In this document: one piece after another, positions 8,835-16,769 of the stretch
Numbering within the stretch: the stretch's first letter is position 1
Layout: the number at the start of each line of letters is the position of its first letter
Assembly: GCA_003990955.1 (NCBI GenBank)
Contig: BIFV01000007.1
Span: 48,866 to 72,865, forward strand
Source of the DNA: Sporomusaceae bacterium FL31
GTDB lineage: Bacteria; Bacillota; Negativicutes; DSM-1736; Dendrosporobacteraceae
Reading direction: 5' to 3'
Length of the DNA stretch: 24,000 nt
Notes under the pieces: generated by a model
The model's input: only the letters and a program-made list of their open reading frames with translations
Databases searched by the model: none
Told to the model about the DNA's origin: nothing
Translations under genes and position numbers: made by a program

Positions 8835-9398
8835 ATGATTTCTAGTAGTGATTTTCGTACCGGTATAACGATTGAGATTGACAATGATGTATGGCAGATC
8901 GTAGACTTCCAACATGTTAAGCCTGGTAAAGGAGCAGCTTTTGTTAGAACAAAAATGAAGAATGTTCGTACAGGTGCAGTAGTTGAGCGTACTTTTAATC
9001 CAGGAGAAAAATTACCTAAAGCACATATTGATAACCGTCAAATGCAGTATTTATATGAAAATGACGGAATGTATGTGTTCATGGATAATGAATCCTTCGA
9101 ACAACTTGAGCTGAATGCTGATCAACTAGCGGATGCTAAAAAATTCCTTAAAGAGAATATGAATATTGGCGTAATGTTATTCCAAGGAACCATTATTGGC
9201 GTTGATTTACCTAATTCAGTCGATCTAGAAGTTATTGAATGTGATCCTGGTGTTCGTGGTGATACTGCGACTGGTGCTACTAAAATGGCTAAACTAGAGA
9301 CTGGCTATTCTGTAAGAGTACCTTTATTTATTAACCAAGGCGATGTTCTTAGAATAGACACTCGCTCAGGCGATTATATTGAAAGAGCAAGAGACTAA
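8835..9398 (+). CDS. efp: Elongation factor P
   Basis: [47 protein letters not shown]... is unmistakably EF-P. SD GGAGG is upstream. Confidence 0.97.
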   Translation: MISSSDFRTGITIEIDNDVWQIVDFQHVKPGKGAAFVRTKMKNVRTGAVVERTFNPGEKLPKAHIDNRQMQYLYENDGMYVFMDNESFEQLELNADQLADAKKFLKENMNIGVMLFQGTIIGVDLPNSVDLEVIECDPGVRGDTATGATKMAKLETGYSVRVPLFINQGDVLRIDTRSGDYIERARD

Positions 9399-9412
9399 AT
9401 TACATATTCCAT

Positions 9413-9450
9413 AAAATCCGGTGAACCATGTTCATCGGATTTTTGCTTTT
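9413..9450 (+). terminator. Intrinsic terminator after efp
   Basis: 14-bp stem aaaatccggtgaac / gttcatcggatttt (one G:U pair) with loop cat, followed by ttttgctttt. Confidence 0.85.
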
Positions 9451-9596
9451 AGCCGATTCAGGCTGTTTGGCTGTGCTGGTTTTTTTTAGGATTGAATAAA
9501 CTGTAGTTTTTTTGTAATAGCGGCATATGAAAATAACTTTATTGGGCATAATATCAATAGCTTGCGGATAAAGAAAAAAGGGGTTGATGATTACGT

Positions 9597-10055
9597 ATGA
9601 CTAATCTAAAAGAGAGAGTGGCCTATCTACAGGGGTTAACCAAAGGCTTGAATGTTAGTGAACAGTCTGCCGAAGGAAAAATTTTAGCAAACATAATCGA
9701 TGTACTTGATGATATGGCCAATGATTTCCATAACATGGCGATGGCTCAACAAGATTTAGAAACTTATGTTGAAACTATTGATGAGGATTTAACAGATTTA
9801 GAAGAAGAAATCTATGAAGACGTATATACCGAAGAAGATTCTGATGATGACTATGTCGAAGTACAATGTCCTGCTTGCCATGAGGCCGTTACCTTTGAGT
9901 CAGATATACTTGCTGAAGACGATGCAATTGAAGTCACATGCCCTTATTGCGGTGGCATCGTTTACGATAATACGTTGGAGTTTGATGACGATATTGATAT
10001 TGAATCATCACGAGTGGATCAGTCTTTACGGCATGCTATTCACCCTGGTGTTTGA
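9597..10055 (+). CDS. Acidic zinc-ribbon protein, CD1247 N-terminal-domain-like (function unknown)
   Basis: Helical N-terminus (KERVAYLQGLTKGL...ILANIIDVLDDMANDF), a D/E-rich linker, then CPAC...(20 aa)...CPYC (nt 9867-9950). The unit is bracketed by two strong terminators. The SD is poorly placed (GGGG 13 nt upstream), so the start is less certain. Confidence 0.75.
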   Translation: MTNLKERVAYLQGLTKGLNVSEQSAEGKILANIIDVLDDMANDFHNMAMAQQDLETYVETIDEDLTDLEEEIYEDVYTEEDSDDDYVEVQCPACHEAVTFESDILAEDDAIEVTCPYCGGIVYDNTLEFDDDIDIESSRVDQSLRHAIHPGV

Positions 10056-10120
10056 ACCTGCTAGAGTAAAAAGCGATCAATTTAACATATAGCATTCAAC
10101 TTTATGTTTTCTGGTTTATA

Positions 10121-10150
10121 AAAAAATCCCGTCGATACGGGATTTTTTTT
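10121..10150 (+). terminator. Intrinsic terminator after the zinc-ribbon gene
   Basis: aaaaaatcccgt cgat acgggatttttttt: a perfect stem with a 4-nt loop and a T8 run. Confidence 0.9.
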
Positions 10151-10161
10151 ATTGCATTTTT

Positions 10162-10190
10162 GCATAAAGCAATCTCTAACCCCATATCTA
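10162..10190 (+). promoter_or_regulatory. Candidate sigma-E-type (mother-cell) promoter of the spoIIIA operon
   Basis: GCATAAA (10162-10168), then 16 nt between the ATA and CATATCTA (10183-10190). This resembles the B. subtilis sigma-E consensus as I recall it (ATa, 16-18 nt, cATAcanT). It lies about 22 nt upstream of the spoIIIAA start. Confidence 0.35.
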
Positions 10191-10212
10191 TGTAAAGAAA
10201 GGTGGAGGAAAA

Positions 10213-11214
10213 ATGAACCATGTTAGCCATACATTGGAACATGATATCTATCCGATTTTGGCACCAGGCCTTGCCTCACTGATAAAGTTGCTGCCCGTTT
10301 CAATAAAAGATGAATTAACGGAAATAAGATTGCGAATTAATAAGCCTCTCTTACTGGTCTTAAGTAACACGGACAAGATGATTTCCCAAGATGGACAAAT
10401 AGATATTGAGCCAAGTAAAGCTTATATCTGCAGTTGTGATGATATAGGACGTACGCTACAATCAATCAGCCGTAACTCGTTATATGCTTATGAGCAGGAG
10501 CTTAGGCTTGGCTATATTACAATTCATGGAGGACATCGGGTAGGCTTAGCCGGTCAGGCGATCGTGGATGGCGGAGAATTGAAGGCGTTAAAGAATATTA
10601 GTTCCTTGAATATACGCATTGCTCGGCAAATAAAAGGTTGTGCTGAGAAGCTTATGCCCTATATGATTGCTGAGAAACAAGTTTTAAATACTTTAGTGAT
10701 CTCTCCACCACGCTGCGGCAAAACGACTCTTCTTCGTGATATTGTTTACCAGCTAAGTTCTGGCAGCAAAATTTTTAACTATCCGGGGATGCAAGTTGGT
10801 GTAGTGGATGAGCGATCAGAAATTGCTGCCTGCCGTAATGGAGTTCCAACCGTTGATTTAGGACCAAGAGTAGATGTATTGGACTGCTGTCCTAAGGCAA
10901 CAGGTCTTTTAATGTTAATTAGATCCATGTCTCCGCAGGTGGTTGTTACTGATGAATTAGGACGTCATGAGGATGTTATAGCAGTTAAAGAAGCGCTCAA
11001 TGCTGGTATTCGTGTCATTGCTTCTATACATGGTCATGATTCGGCAGAAATCTTACATCGACCCTATATTGGAGAATTGATTCAGAATAAGTATTTTGAC
11101 CGTTATATTATTTTAGGTTCTCGGCCTACTATCGGAACCTTAGAAGAAATCATCGCCGCAAAAAATGGTGAGTTATTATATAGCAAGCGAAAAGGAGTAA
11201 AGATATGTGGTTAA
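10213..11214 (+). CDS. spoIIIAA: Stage III sporulation protein AA (ATPase)
   Basis: Walker A SPPRCGKTTLLRD and Walker B VVVTDELG. It is the first gene of an eight-gene cluster with spoIIIA order and sizes. SD GGTGGAGG. Confidence 0.93.
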   Translation: MNHVSHTLEHDIYPILAPGLASLIKLLPVSIKDELTEIRLRINKPLLLVLSNTDKMISQDGQIDIEPSKAYICSCDDIGRTLQSISRNSLYAYEQELRLGYITIHGGHRVGLAGQAIVDGGELKALKNISSLNIRIARQIKGCAEKLMPYMIAEKQVLNTLVISPPRCGKTTLLRDIVYQLSSGSKIFNYPGMQVGVVDERSEIAACRNGVPTVDLGPRVDVLDCCPKATGLLMLIRSMSPQVVVTDELGRHEDVIAVKEALNAGIRVIASIHGHDSAEILHRPYIGELIQNKYFDRYIILGSRPTIGTLEEIIAAKNGELLYSKRKGVKICG

Positions 11215-11726
11215 AGATAATAGGAAGTATTTTTGTTTTGACAGCATGTACCTATATCGGTTTTAGGCTATCCTTGCGCTGTAGTGAAAGGCCACAGCAT
11301 ATTCGACATTTCATTAGTTGTATTGTTTCGCTCAAAGCTTATATTAATTATATCTCGATGCCGTTATCGGAGGCATTGATTAAAGCGACAGTTGGTACAA
11401 AAGGACCTGTTGCCGGCTTTTTTAAAGAAACTGCCAGACTACTGGAAAGCAATGTCTGGATGAATCCCCAACAGGCCATTGTACAGGTATTAAATAAAAT
11501 GGAAAATCAATTAGCCATTGATAAACCTGAAAAAGAAATCTTGACAATTCTTGGTGCCAATCTTGGAGCAATGAATAGAGAGGAACAGAACAAATATATC
11601 ACAATGATTCAAGAACAATTAGAAAAATTAGAACAGGAAGCCGTGCGGAAAAGAGACCTAAATACCAAAATGTATCGCTATTTAGGGGTCTGCGGTGGAT
11701 TGGTAGTTGTCATATTGCTGGTATAG
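11205..11726 (+). CDS. spoIIIAB: Stage III sporulation protein AB
   Basis: 173 aa with TM helices at the N- and C-termini. Second position in the operon, with a 10-nt overlap with spoIIIAA. Size matches SpoIIIAB (about 170 aa). Confidence 0.85.
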   Translation: MWLKIIGSIFVLTACTYIGFRLSLRCSERPQHIRHFISCIVSLKAYINYISMPLSEALIKATVGTKGPVAGFFKETARLLESNVWMNPQQAIVQVLNKMENQLAIDKPEKEILTILGANLGAMNREEQNKYITMIQEQLEKLEQEAVRKRDLNTKMYRYLGVCGGLVVVILLV

Positions 11727-11760
11727 GTTTAAACAAATTCATATAGGAAGGGGTGGGGAA

Positions 11761-11958
11761 ATGGGGTTAGATATTTTGTTTAAGATCGCTGGTGTCGGAA
11801 TATTAGTATCGGTTTTCCATACTGCTTTAAAGCAAGCAGGCAAAGAGGATATGGCGCATTTGTGTACTTTGGCTGGATTTACACTTGTGCTTTTGTGGGT
11901 AGTTCAACTTTTAGGACGACTTTTTGGAACTGTCCAGGATGTTTTCAAGTTATTATGA
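11761..11958 (+). CDS. spoIIIAC: Stage III sporulation protein AC
   Basis: MGLDILFKIAGVGILVSVFHTALKQAGKEDMA... closely resembles SpoIIIAC. The ATG at 11761 follows SD GGAAGGGGTGGGG. The ORF-track start at 11707 is an upstream extension overlapping spoIIIAB. Confidence 0.92.
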   Translation: MGLDILFKIAGVGILVSVFHTALKQAGKEDMAHLCTLAGFTLVLLWVVQLLGRLFGTVQDVFKLL

Positions 11959-11971
11959 GGGGTGTACGGCC

Positions 11972-12358
11972 ATGGAGATTATCCAAATTATCGGGCTGGG
12001 ATTTGTAGTAACTTTACTTATCTTGATTATCAAAAGAGAGCGGCCCGAGCTTGCTGTACAGCTAAGTTTGACCTTGGCCACAATCATTTTTCTATTGGTA
12101 CTCAGTAAAGTAAATGTGGTTCTTAATTTATTTCGTGACTTGGCAGAAAAAGCTAACATCAGCCAGATGTATTTAAATACGATTTTGAAAATTATCGGTA
12201 TTGCTTATATCACTGAGTTCGGTGCACAGGTTTGTCGTGATGCTGGTGAGGGGGCAGTTGCCAGCAAAATTGAATTTGCTGGTAAAGTTCTGGTCATGGT
12301 GATGGCAATACCGATCGTTGCTCTCGTTCTTGATACAATTGTGAGATTGATTCCATAA
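11972..12358 (+). CDS. spoIIIAD: Stage III sporulation protein AD
   Basis: MEIIQIIGLGFV...ILKIIGIAYITEFGAQVCRDAGEGAVASKIEFAGKVLVMVMAIPIV is nearly identical in pattern to B. subtilis SpoIIIAD. SD GAGGGGTG at 11957-11964. Confidence 0.93.
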   Translation: MEIIQIIGLGFVVTLLILIIKRERPELAVQLSLTLATIIFLLVLSKVNVVLNLFRDLAEKANISQMYLNTILKIIGIAYITEFGAQVCRDAGEGAVASKIEFAGKVLVMVMAIPIVALVLDTIVRLIP

Positions 12359-12370
12359 GGTGGAATAACG

Positions 12371-13531
12371 ATGAAAACAATGCTACTTGTGATAGTTTTA
12401 ATAGTCCTAGTCACCGGCAGTGCAATGGCAACACCCCTAGACTATGATGAAATTAATCAGCAGCTTTTCGATAAATTATCTCCAGACCAGATCAATCAGT
12501 TTATTGTGAAAATAAATCAGGAACTAAATGAAGATATTCCGCTTCTAAGTACAGAGACAATAAAGGATATTGCCAGTAAAGGTATTACCGCCGATTGGAA
12601 TGCCTTATGGCAAACTGTGATCAATCGTTTTTTGAAAGAAGTTGCCGCAAATGCCCACTTGATGGGGAAGCTTTTGTTTCTTGCGGTATTATGTGTATTG
12701 CTGCAAAATCTCCAGAATTCCTTTGAACAGTCAGGGATATCAGTATTGGCCTATAGTGTGTGTTTTATTTTTTTGTCAGTGATAGCGCTGACAGCATTCT
12801 ATAATGCAATATCATTAGCCCGTGATACAGTTGATCATATGGTTAGTTTCATGGAAGCCTTACTGCCGTTATTAATTTCCCTATTAGCAGGAGTAGGAGC
12901 TCTAACTTCTGCAGCCCTATTTACACCATTAATGCTATTTGTAGTTAGCACGGTCAGTGTCATTATTAAAAATGTCGTCCTGCCATTACTACTGATTACT
13001 TCTGTATTGGATTGTGTGAACTATTTATCAGAGAAATACCGGCTAAGTAATTTAACTAGCCTTTTTAAACAGGGCGGTATGATGATTTTAGGTTTTACAT
13101 TGGTAGTATTCATTGGAATCGTTACCGTTCAGGGGGTAGCTGGCGGCGTTGCTGATGGCGTAACGCTGCGAACTGCTAAATATGCAACAACAACCTTTGT
13201 CCCGGTTGTCGGTAAAATGTTTGCTGATACAGTGGAATTAGTGATGGGCGCATCTCTGCTACTAAAAAATGCTGTTGGAATTTTTGGTGTTTTAGTAGTA
13301 CTGACAATTTGTGCTTTTCCCCTGATCAAGTTATTATCACTGGTTGCTATCATGAAAGTTACAGGAGCTTTGATTCAACCTATGGGTGATGACAGAATGG
13401 GTAAATGTCTAGATGCGATGGGGAATAATTTGTTATTGGTATTTGGGGCATTGCTGACAGTTGTACTCATGTTTTTCTTAGCAATTACTATGATCATTGG
13501 TGCCGGAAGTGCGGCAATGATGTTGCGATAA
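12371..13531 (+). CDS. spoIIIAE: Stage III sporulation protein AE (polytopic membrane protein)
   Basis: Signal peptide followed by multiple TM helices. 386 aa in the fifth operon position. SD AAGGTGGA. Confidence 0.9.
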   Translation: MKTMLLVIVLIVLVTGSAMATPLDYDEINQQLFDKLSPDQINQFIVKINQELNEDIPLLSTETIKDIASKGITADWNALWQTVINRFLKEVAANAHLMGKLLFLAVLCVLLQNLQNSFEQSGISVLAYSVCFIFLSVIALTAFYNAISLARDTVDHMVSFMEALLPLLISLLAGVGALTSAALFTPLMLFVVSTVSVIIKNVVLPLLLITSVLDCVNYLSEKYRLSNLTSLFKQGGMMILGFTLVVFIGIVTVQGVAGGVADGVTLRTAKYATTTFVPVVGKMFADTVELVMGASLLLKNAVGIFGVLVVLTICAFPLIKLLSLVAIMKVTGALIQPMGDDRMGKCLDAMGNNLLLVFGALLTVVLMFFLAITMIIGAGSAAMMLR

Positions 13532-13559
13532 CGTACCTTAGGGTGTAGGTGGTGGTCAG

Positions 13560-14156
13560 ATGATCGAAGGCATTTCAGCGTGGATCAAAAATATCATTTT
13601 GCTTGTCTTATTTGCTTCGTTTCTTGAACTATTACTGCCAAGCAGCAGTATGCAGCGATTCATTCGAGTCATTATCGGGCTATTGATTACTTTGGCGATT
13701 TTAAACCCTGTATTGGACGTTATTCAAAATCGTTGGAGTACGGCTCAAATACCAGCGCTCAGCACCAATACAGCAAATTCACAAAGTGTAATGAATAACG
13801 CAAATAAAGTTGCTGGTGATCGAGAGCAGTTAGCTTTTGATACCTATAAAAAGGAATTAGCAAGGCAAATCAGAGCAACGACTACTGCAATTGAAGGTAT
13901 TGCTGATGCTCAGGTTGCCGTGGAGTTAGAGAACCCTCAACAAGGTAAATTTAATGGGAAGGTACGGGCATTAACAATTTATGTAAAACCAGGGGTTAAC
14001 AATGCCAAGGGGAAAATTGAGCCTGTGGTTATTGGAACTACAAACTATAATGAAGCTATCGAATTAAAGCCACAATTAAAAACAAAAATTTTGCAGACCA
14101 TCTATGAGTTGTATCAGATTCCTAATGAGCATATTGAGATAAAGCTATTACATTAA
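13560..14156 (+). CDS. spoIIIAF: Stage III sporulation protein AF
   Basis: Two N-terminal TM helices (IKNIILLVLFASFLELLLP / FIRVIIGLLITLAILNP) and a soluble C-terminal domain. The size and position match SpoIIIAF. Confidence 0.8.
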   Translation: MIEGISAWIKNIILLVLFASFLELLLPSSSMQRFIRVIIGLLITLAILNPVLDVIQNRWSTAQIPALSTNTANSQSVMNNANKVAGDREQLAFDTYKKELARQIRATTTAIEGIADAQVAVELENPQQGKFNGKVRALTIYVKPGVNNAKGKIEPVVIGTTNYNEAIELKPQLKTKILQTIYELYQIPNEHIEIKLLH

Positions 14157-14170
14157 GGAGGTATTAACCT

Positions 14171-14776
14171 ATGAATGGATTAGGTGCTATGCTAACTAGT
14201 GCCAAAAAACTTTGGCCTAACCAACTGATTAAAGCGGGTGTAGTCAATACAAAAATGATCTGGCTGGGTATTTTGGGGATAATTCTATTATTAATTGGCG
14301 GAACATTCGACTACCGTGCTTCTAATACGCCTGCTGAAATACCTAATGAGCCGCTAAAAGCTACTCAAGTGCAGAACAGAACTTATGAAGATGTTTTGGA
14401 AAACAAGTTAGCAGCGATGTTGTCGCAAGTTAGAGGGGCTGGAACGGTTGCAGTGAGTGTGACACTGGAAAATGGCACTACCAGTGAGCATGCTAAGAAC
14501 ATTACAAAAGAAACACGTACGATTCAGGAAAAAGACACTGGCGGTGGGCTGCGTACCACAACTGAAACTAAGGAAAGTGAGCAAGTTCTTCTAAGTAAGG
14601 AGAATGGTGTTGATCATCCAGTCATGGTTCGTGAATTTAAGCCAAATATCAAGGGTGTTCTTGTTGTGGCAGAAGGAGCTGCCGATTCAAGCGTTAAAGC
14701 GAATTTAACCAAAGCTGTTGAAGCTGGACTCGGGCTGCCTTCTTACAAAATTACCGTATTACCGCAAAGAAAGTGA
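14171..14776 (+). CDS. spoIIIAG: Stage III sporulation protein AG
   Basis: Single TM helix, then a ring-building-motif-like C-terminal domain with IKGVLVVAEGA...VKANLTKAVEAGLGLPSYKITV. SD AAGGAGG. Confidence 0.85.
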   Translation: MNGLGAMLTSAKKLWPNQLIKAGVVNTKMIWLGILGIILLLIGGTFDYRASNTPAEIPNEPLKATQVQNRTYEDVLENKLAAMLSQVRGAGTVAVSVTLENGTTSEHAKNITKETRTIQEKDTGGGLRTTTETKESEQVLLSKENGVDHPVMVREFKPNIKGVLVVAEGAADSSVKANLTKAVEAGLGLPSYKITVLPQRK

Positions 14777-14787
14777 GGTTGAGATCA

Positions 14788-15321
14788 ATGATAGTTATCT
14801 CTATAAAACAATATAGAAAGTCGCTTATTGTGTTTGCATGTTTATTAGCTTTAGGGGTGGTCGGGGTCGGTATTCTATGTTTTAATGACAGCCGAGAACA
14901 GGCAAAAGCAGATCGATCCAATGCAATGCAGGTGACCAAAGCAGTCTTAACTGAGCCAGTAGCACCAGTAGTAAGTACTGATTTCTTTACTGAGTATCGT
15001 ATTGAGCGTGATAAGATGCGTAGTGAAAAGTCAGATTTGTTACGAGAAGCTATTAAGAGTGCGAAAACTGATGAAATCCGTAATAAAGCCCAGGAAAGTG
15101 TTCTGAAAATGGTTCAAGAGAAACAGCGCGAATCTGAAATGGAAAGTCTGATTAAGGCTCGAGGTTTTGCTGATGCTTTAGTATTTTATCGTGATAATTC
15201 AGTTAGCGCGATTGTAAAAGCCTCTACCTTATCTCGTGAGGAAGTCATCCAAGTTGCTGACGTGATTAGCCGCGTTTCAGGAGTCAAGCCAGAAGAAATA
15301 ACAATAAGTTCTAAACCATAA
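14788..15321 (+). CDS. spoIIIAH: Stage III sporulation protein AH
   Basis: N-terminal TM helix and a SpoIIIAH-like C-terminus (FFTEYRIERDKMRSE...LIKARGFADALVF...VSAIVKA...). I prefer the ATG at 14788 (SD GTGAGGT at 14773-14779) to the GTG at 14773. Confidence 0.8.
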   Translation: MIVISIKQYRKSLIVFACLLALGVVGVGILCFNDSREQAKADRSNAMQVTKAVLTEPVAPVVSTDFFTEYRIERDKMRSEKSDLLREAIKSAKTDEIRNKAQESVLKMVQEKQRESEMESLIKARGFADALVFYRDNSVSAIVKASTLSREEVIQVADVISRVSGVKPEEITISSKP

Positions 15322-15333
15322 ATTTGGAATATT

Positions 15334-15378
15334 AAAGGCCTTGGAACCGTTTTTTAATAAATCTGTTCCAAGGCCTTT
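15334..15378 (+). terminator. Long perfect inverted repeat after spoIIIAH (probable operon terminator)
   Basis: 14-bp perfect stem aaaggccttggaac / gttccaaggccttt with an unusually large 17-nt loop. The downstream tail is only moderately T-rich (cgttgttcc). Confidence 0.55.
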
Positions 15379-15390
15379 CGTTGTTCCAAT

Positions 15391-15419
15391 TTGTATAAAT
15401 GGAAATTGTTTGATATAAT
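15391..15419 (+). promoter_or_regulatory. Candidate sigma-A promoter (extended -10) for the asp23 cluster
   Basis: TTGTAT (15391-15396), a 17-nt spacer ending in the TG at 15411-15412, then TATAAT (15414-15419). Confidence 0.5.
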
Positions 15420-15462
15420 AATTGAAGTTATAAAATATCAAAATTAACAATAAAATATTTTA

Positions 15463-15476
15463 AATAGTTAACTATT
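15463..15476. repeat. Perfect 14-bp palindrome AATAGTTAACTATT abutting the asp23 SD
   Basis: Read directly from the sequence. It is self-complementary and ends 1 nt before GGGAGGGG (15478-15485). Confidence 0.6.
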
Positions 15477-15491
15477 AGGGAGGGGTGTTGC

Positions 15492-15887
15492 TTGGATAAA
15501 AGAATTGAAAGAGCAGAACATAATGATGTTGGTTCAATCCGTATTGCAGATGAAGTTGTCGGCATAATAGCCGGATTGGCTGCAACTGAAATAGCCGGAG
15601 TCGCTGGGATGAGTGGTGGCTTAGTTGGCGGCATTGCAGAAATGCTAGGGAAGAAAAACTTATCTAAAGGTGTAAAAGTTGAAGTCGGCGAACGCGAAGC
15701 AGCTGTAGATCTATTTATTATTGTGGAATATGGTGTGCGGATTCCTGATGTGGCCTTAACTGTTCAGGAAAATGTAAAAAGAGCAATTGAGTCTATGACT
15801 GGGCTTGATGTTGTCGAAGTGAATATACACGTACAGGGCGTTGGTTTTGGCCATGAAGGAAAGGATGAAGATATCCGTGTGCGTTAG
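15492..15887 (+). CDS. Asp23/Gls24 family envelope stress (alkaline shock) protein
   Basis: GSIRIADEVVGIIAGLAATEIAGVAGM...GVKVEVGEREAAVDLFIIVEYGVRIPDVALTVQENVKRAIESMTGLDVVEVNIHVQGV is the canonical Asp23 sequence. TTG start with SD GGGAGGGG 6 nt upstream. Confidence 0.9.
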   Translation: MDKRIERAEHNDVGSIRIADEVVGIIAGLAATEIAGVAGMSGGLVGGIAEMLGKKNLSKGVKVEVGEREAAVDLFIIVEYGVRIPDVALTVQENVKRAIESMTGLDVVEVNIHVQGVGFGHEGKDEDIRVR

Positions 15888-15899
15888 GAAGGAGTAATT

Positions 15900-16442
15900 A
15901 TGGGTATTATTGATCGAATCATATTATCAATTTATACATTGTTACTGACATTGTTGTCTTTAGGCGTTATTTTATTATCTTTACGCCTTATTTCTTTAGA
16001 CATTGTATGGACAAGCTTTTCATATATTTATGGTCAGTGGGAAGCCGGATTGATCAGCTTTATTTTTTTACTGGTTAGTCTGCGCTTGTTATTTGCAGGG
16101 CTTCGTACTTCTCGCCGCAAAGATACGATTGTACATCACAATGATATGGGAGATATTCATATTTCCTTAAGTGCGGTCGAAAATCTTGTTGAAAAGGTAA
16201 CCAGGCATACTCGTGGAGTGAGAGGTGCTAAAATTTCTGTTGCTCAAAATGAGCAAAATGGGTTGCAAGTCATTATTCGAGCAGCTGTCAGCCCTGAAAG
16301 TAATGTTCCAGAAGTCTCGTCTGAAGTCCAACAGAGAGTAAAAGAGTACATAAAAAATACAGTTGGCGTTGATTTAGTGGATATACATATTGTAGTAGAA
16401 AACATATCGAATGACTTTAAAACAAAACAACGCGTAAAATGA
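15900..16442 (+). CDS. Alkaline shock response membrane anchor protein, AmaP-like
   Basis: Two N-terminal TM helices plus an Asp23-like C-terminal region (IHISLSAVENLVEKV...VKEYIKNTVGVDLVDIHIVVENI). Adjacent to asp23. SD GGAAGGAG. Confidence 0.75.
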   Translation: MGIIDRIILSIYTLLLTLLSLGVILLSLRLISLDIVWTSFSYIYGQWEAGLISFIFLLVSLRLLFAGLRTSRRKDTIVHHNDMGDIHISLSAVENLVEKVTRHTRGVRGAKISVAQNEQNGLQVIIRAAVSPESNVPEVSSEVQQRVKEYIKNTVGVDLVDIHIVVENISNDFKTKQRVK

Positions 16443-16492
16443 TTTGTATGAATGAATCTGAGCATATTCAGCAAAATAAAGAGGTGAGCATC

Positions 16493-16720
16493 ATGAATGT
16501 TAAGCTGTTAGAAGAATTATGGCAGCAGCATAGCGGAAAAATATCGGGCGTGGTTATTGGGCTTCTTGTCGGAGTTTTGATCATTGTTTTTGGATTTTTT
16601 CGGACCTTATTTATTTTGTTATGTGCTGTCATTGGTTATGTGATAGGAAAACGTATTGATGAAAAAGAAGATATTATGGATGTTATTGATAAGTTGCTGC
16701 CACCAGGCTATCGTCGTTAG
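16493..16720 (+). CDS. DUF2273 domain small membrane protein
   Basis: HSGKISGVVIGLLVGVLIIVFGFFRTLFILLCAVIGYVIGKRID is the typical DUF2273 sequence of asp23 operons. The ATG at 16493 has a strong SD (GAGGTG at 16481-16486). The alternative is the ATG at 16439, which overlaps the upstream stop as ATGA. Confidence 0.8.
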   Translation: MNVKLLEELWQQHSGKISGVVIGLLVGVLIIVFGFFRTLFILLCAVIGYVIGKRIDEKEDIMDVIDKLLPPGYRR

Positions 16721-16769
16721 TTGAACGGCAGTAAGTTATCCGAAACTTCTTTAAATAAGGAGAGACTAT

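Noticed and set aside
9451-9489. Possible second terminator (T8 run at 9481-9488) after the efp terminator.
   Set aside because: The preceding sequence contains a direct repeat (ggctgt...ggctgt) but no stable stem that I could pair by eye. The T-run alone is insufficient.
11707-11971. Long N-terminal extensions given by the ORF track for spoIIIAC (11707) and spoIIIAD (11924), and similarly for DUF2273 (16439), ireB (1028), DUF1292 (1920), spoIIIAH (14773) and tlyA (23170).
   Set aside because: Downstream starts have well-placed SD sequences and give N-termini matching the family norm. The extensions overlap upstream genes and add non-conserved residues. The 16439 ATGA overlap remains a possible alternative.
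13950-14170. Internal sigma-E promoter ahead of spoIIIAG, as I recall for B. subtilis P2.
   Set aside because: The only motif is a CATATTGA-like -10 near 14128-14135, with no acceptable -35 at the right spacing. That is not enough to call.
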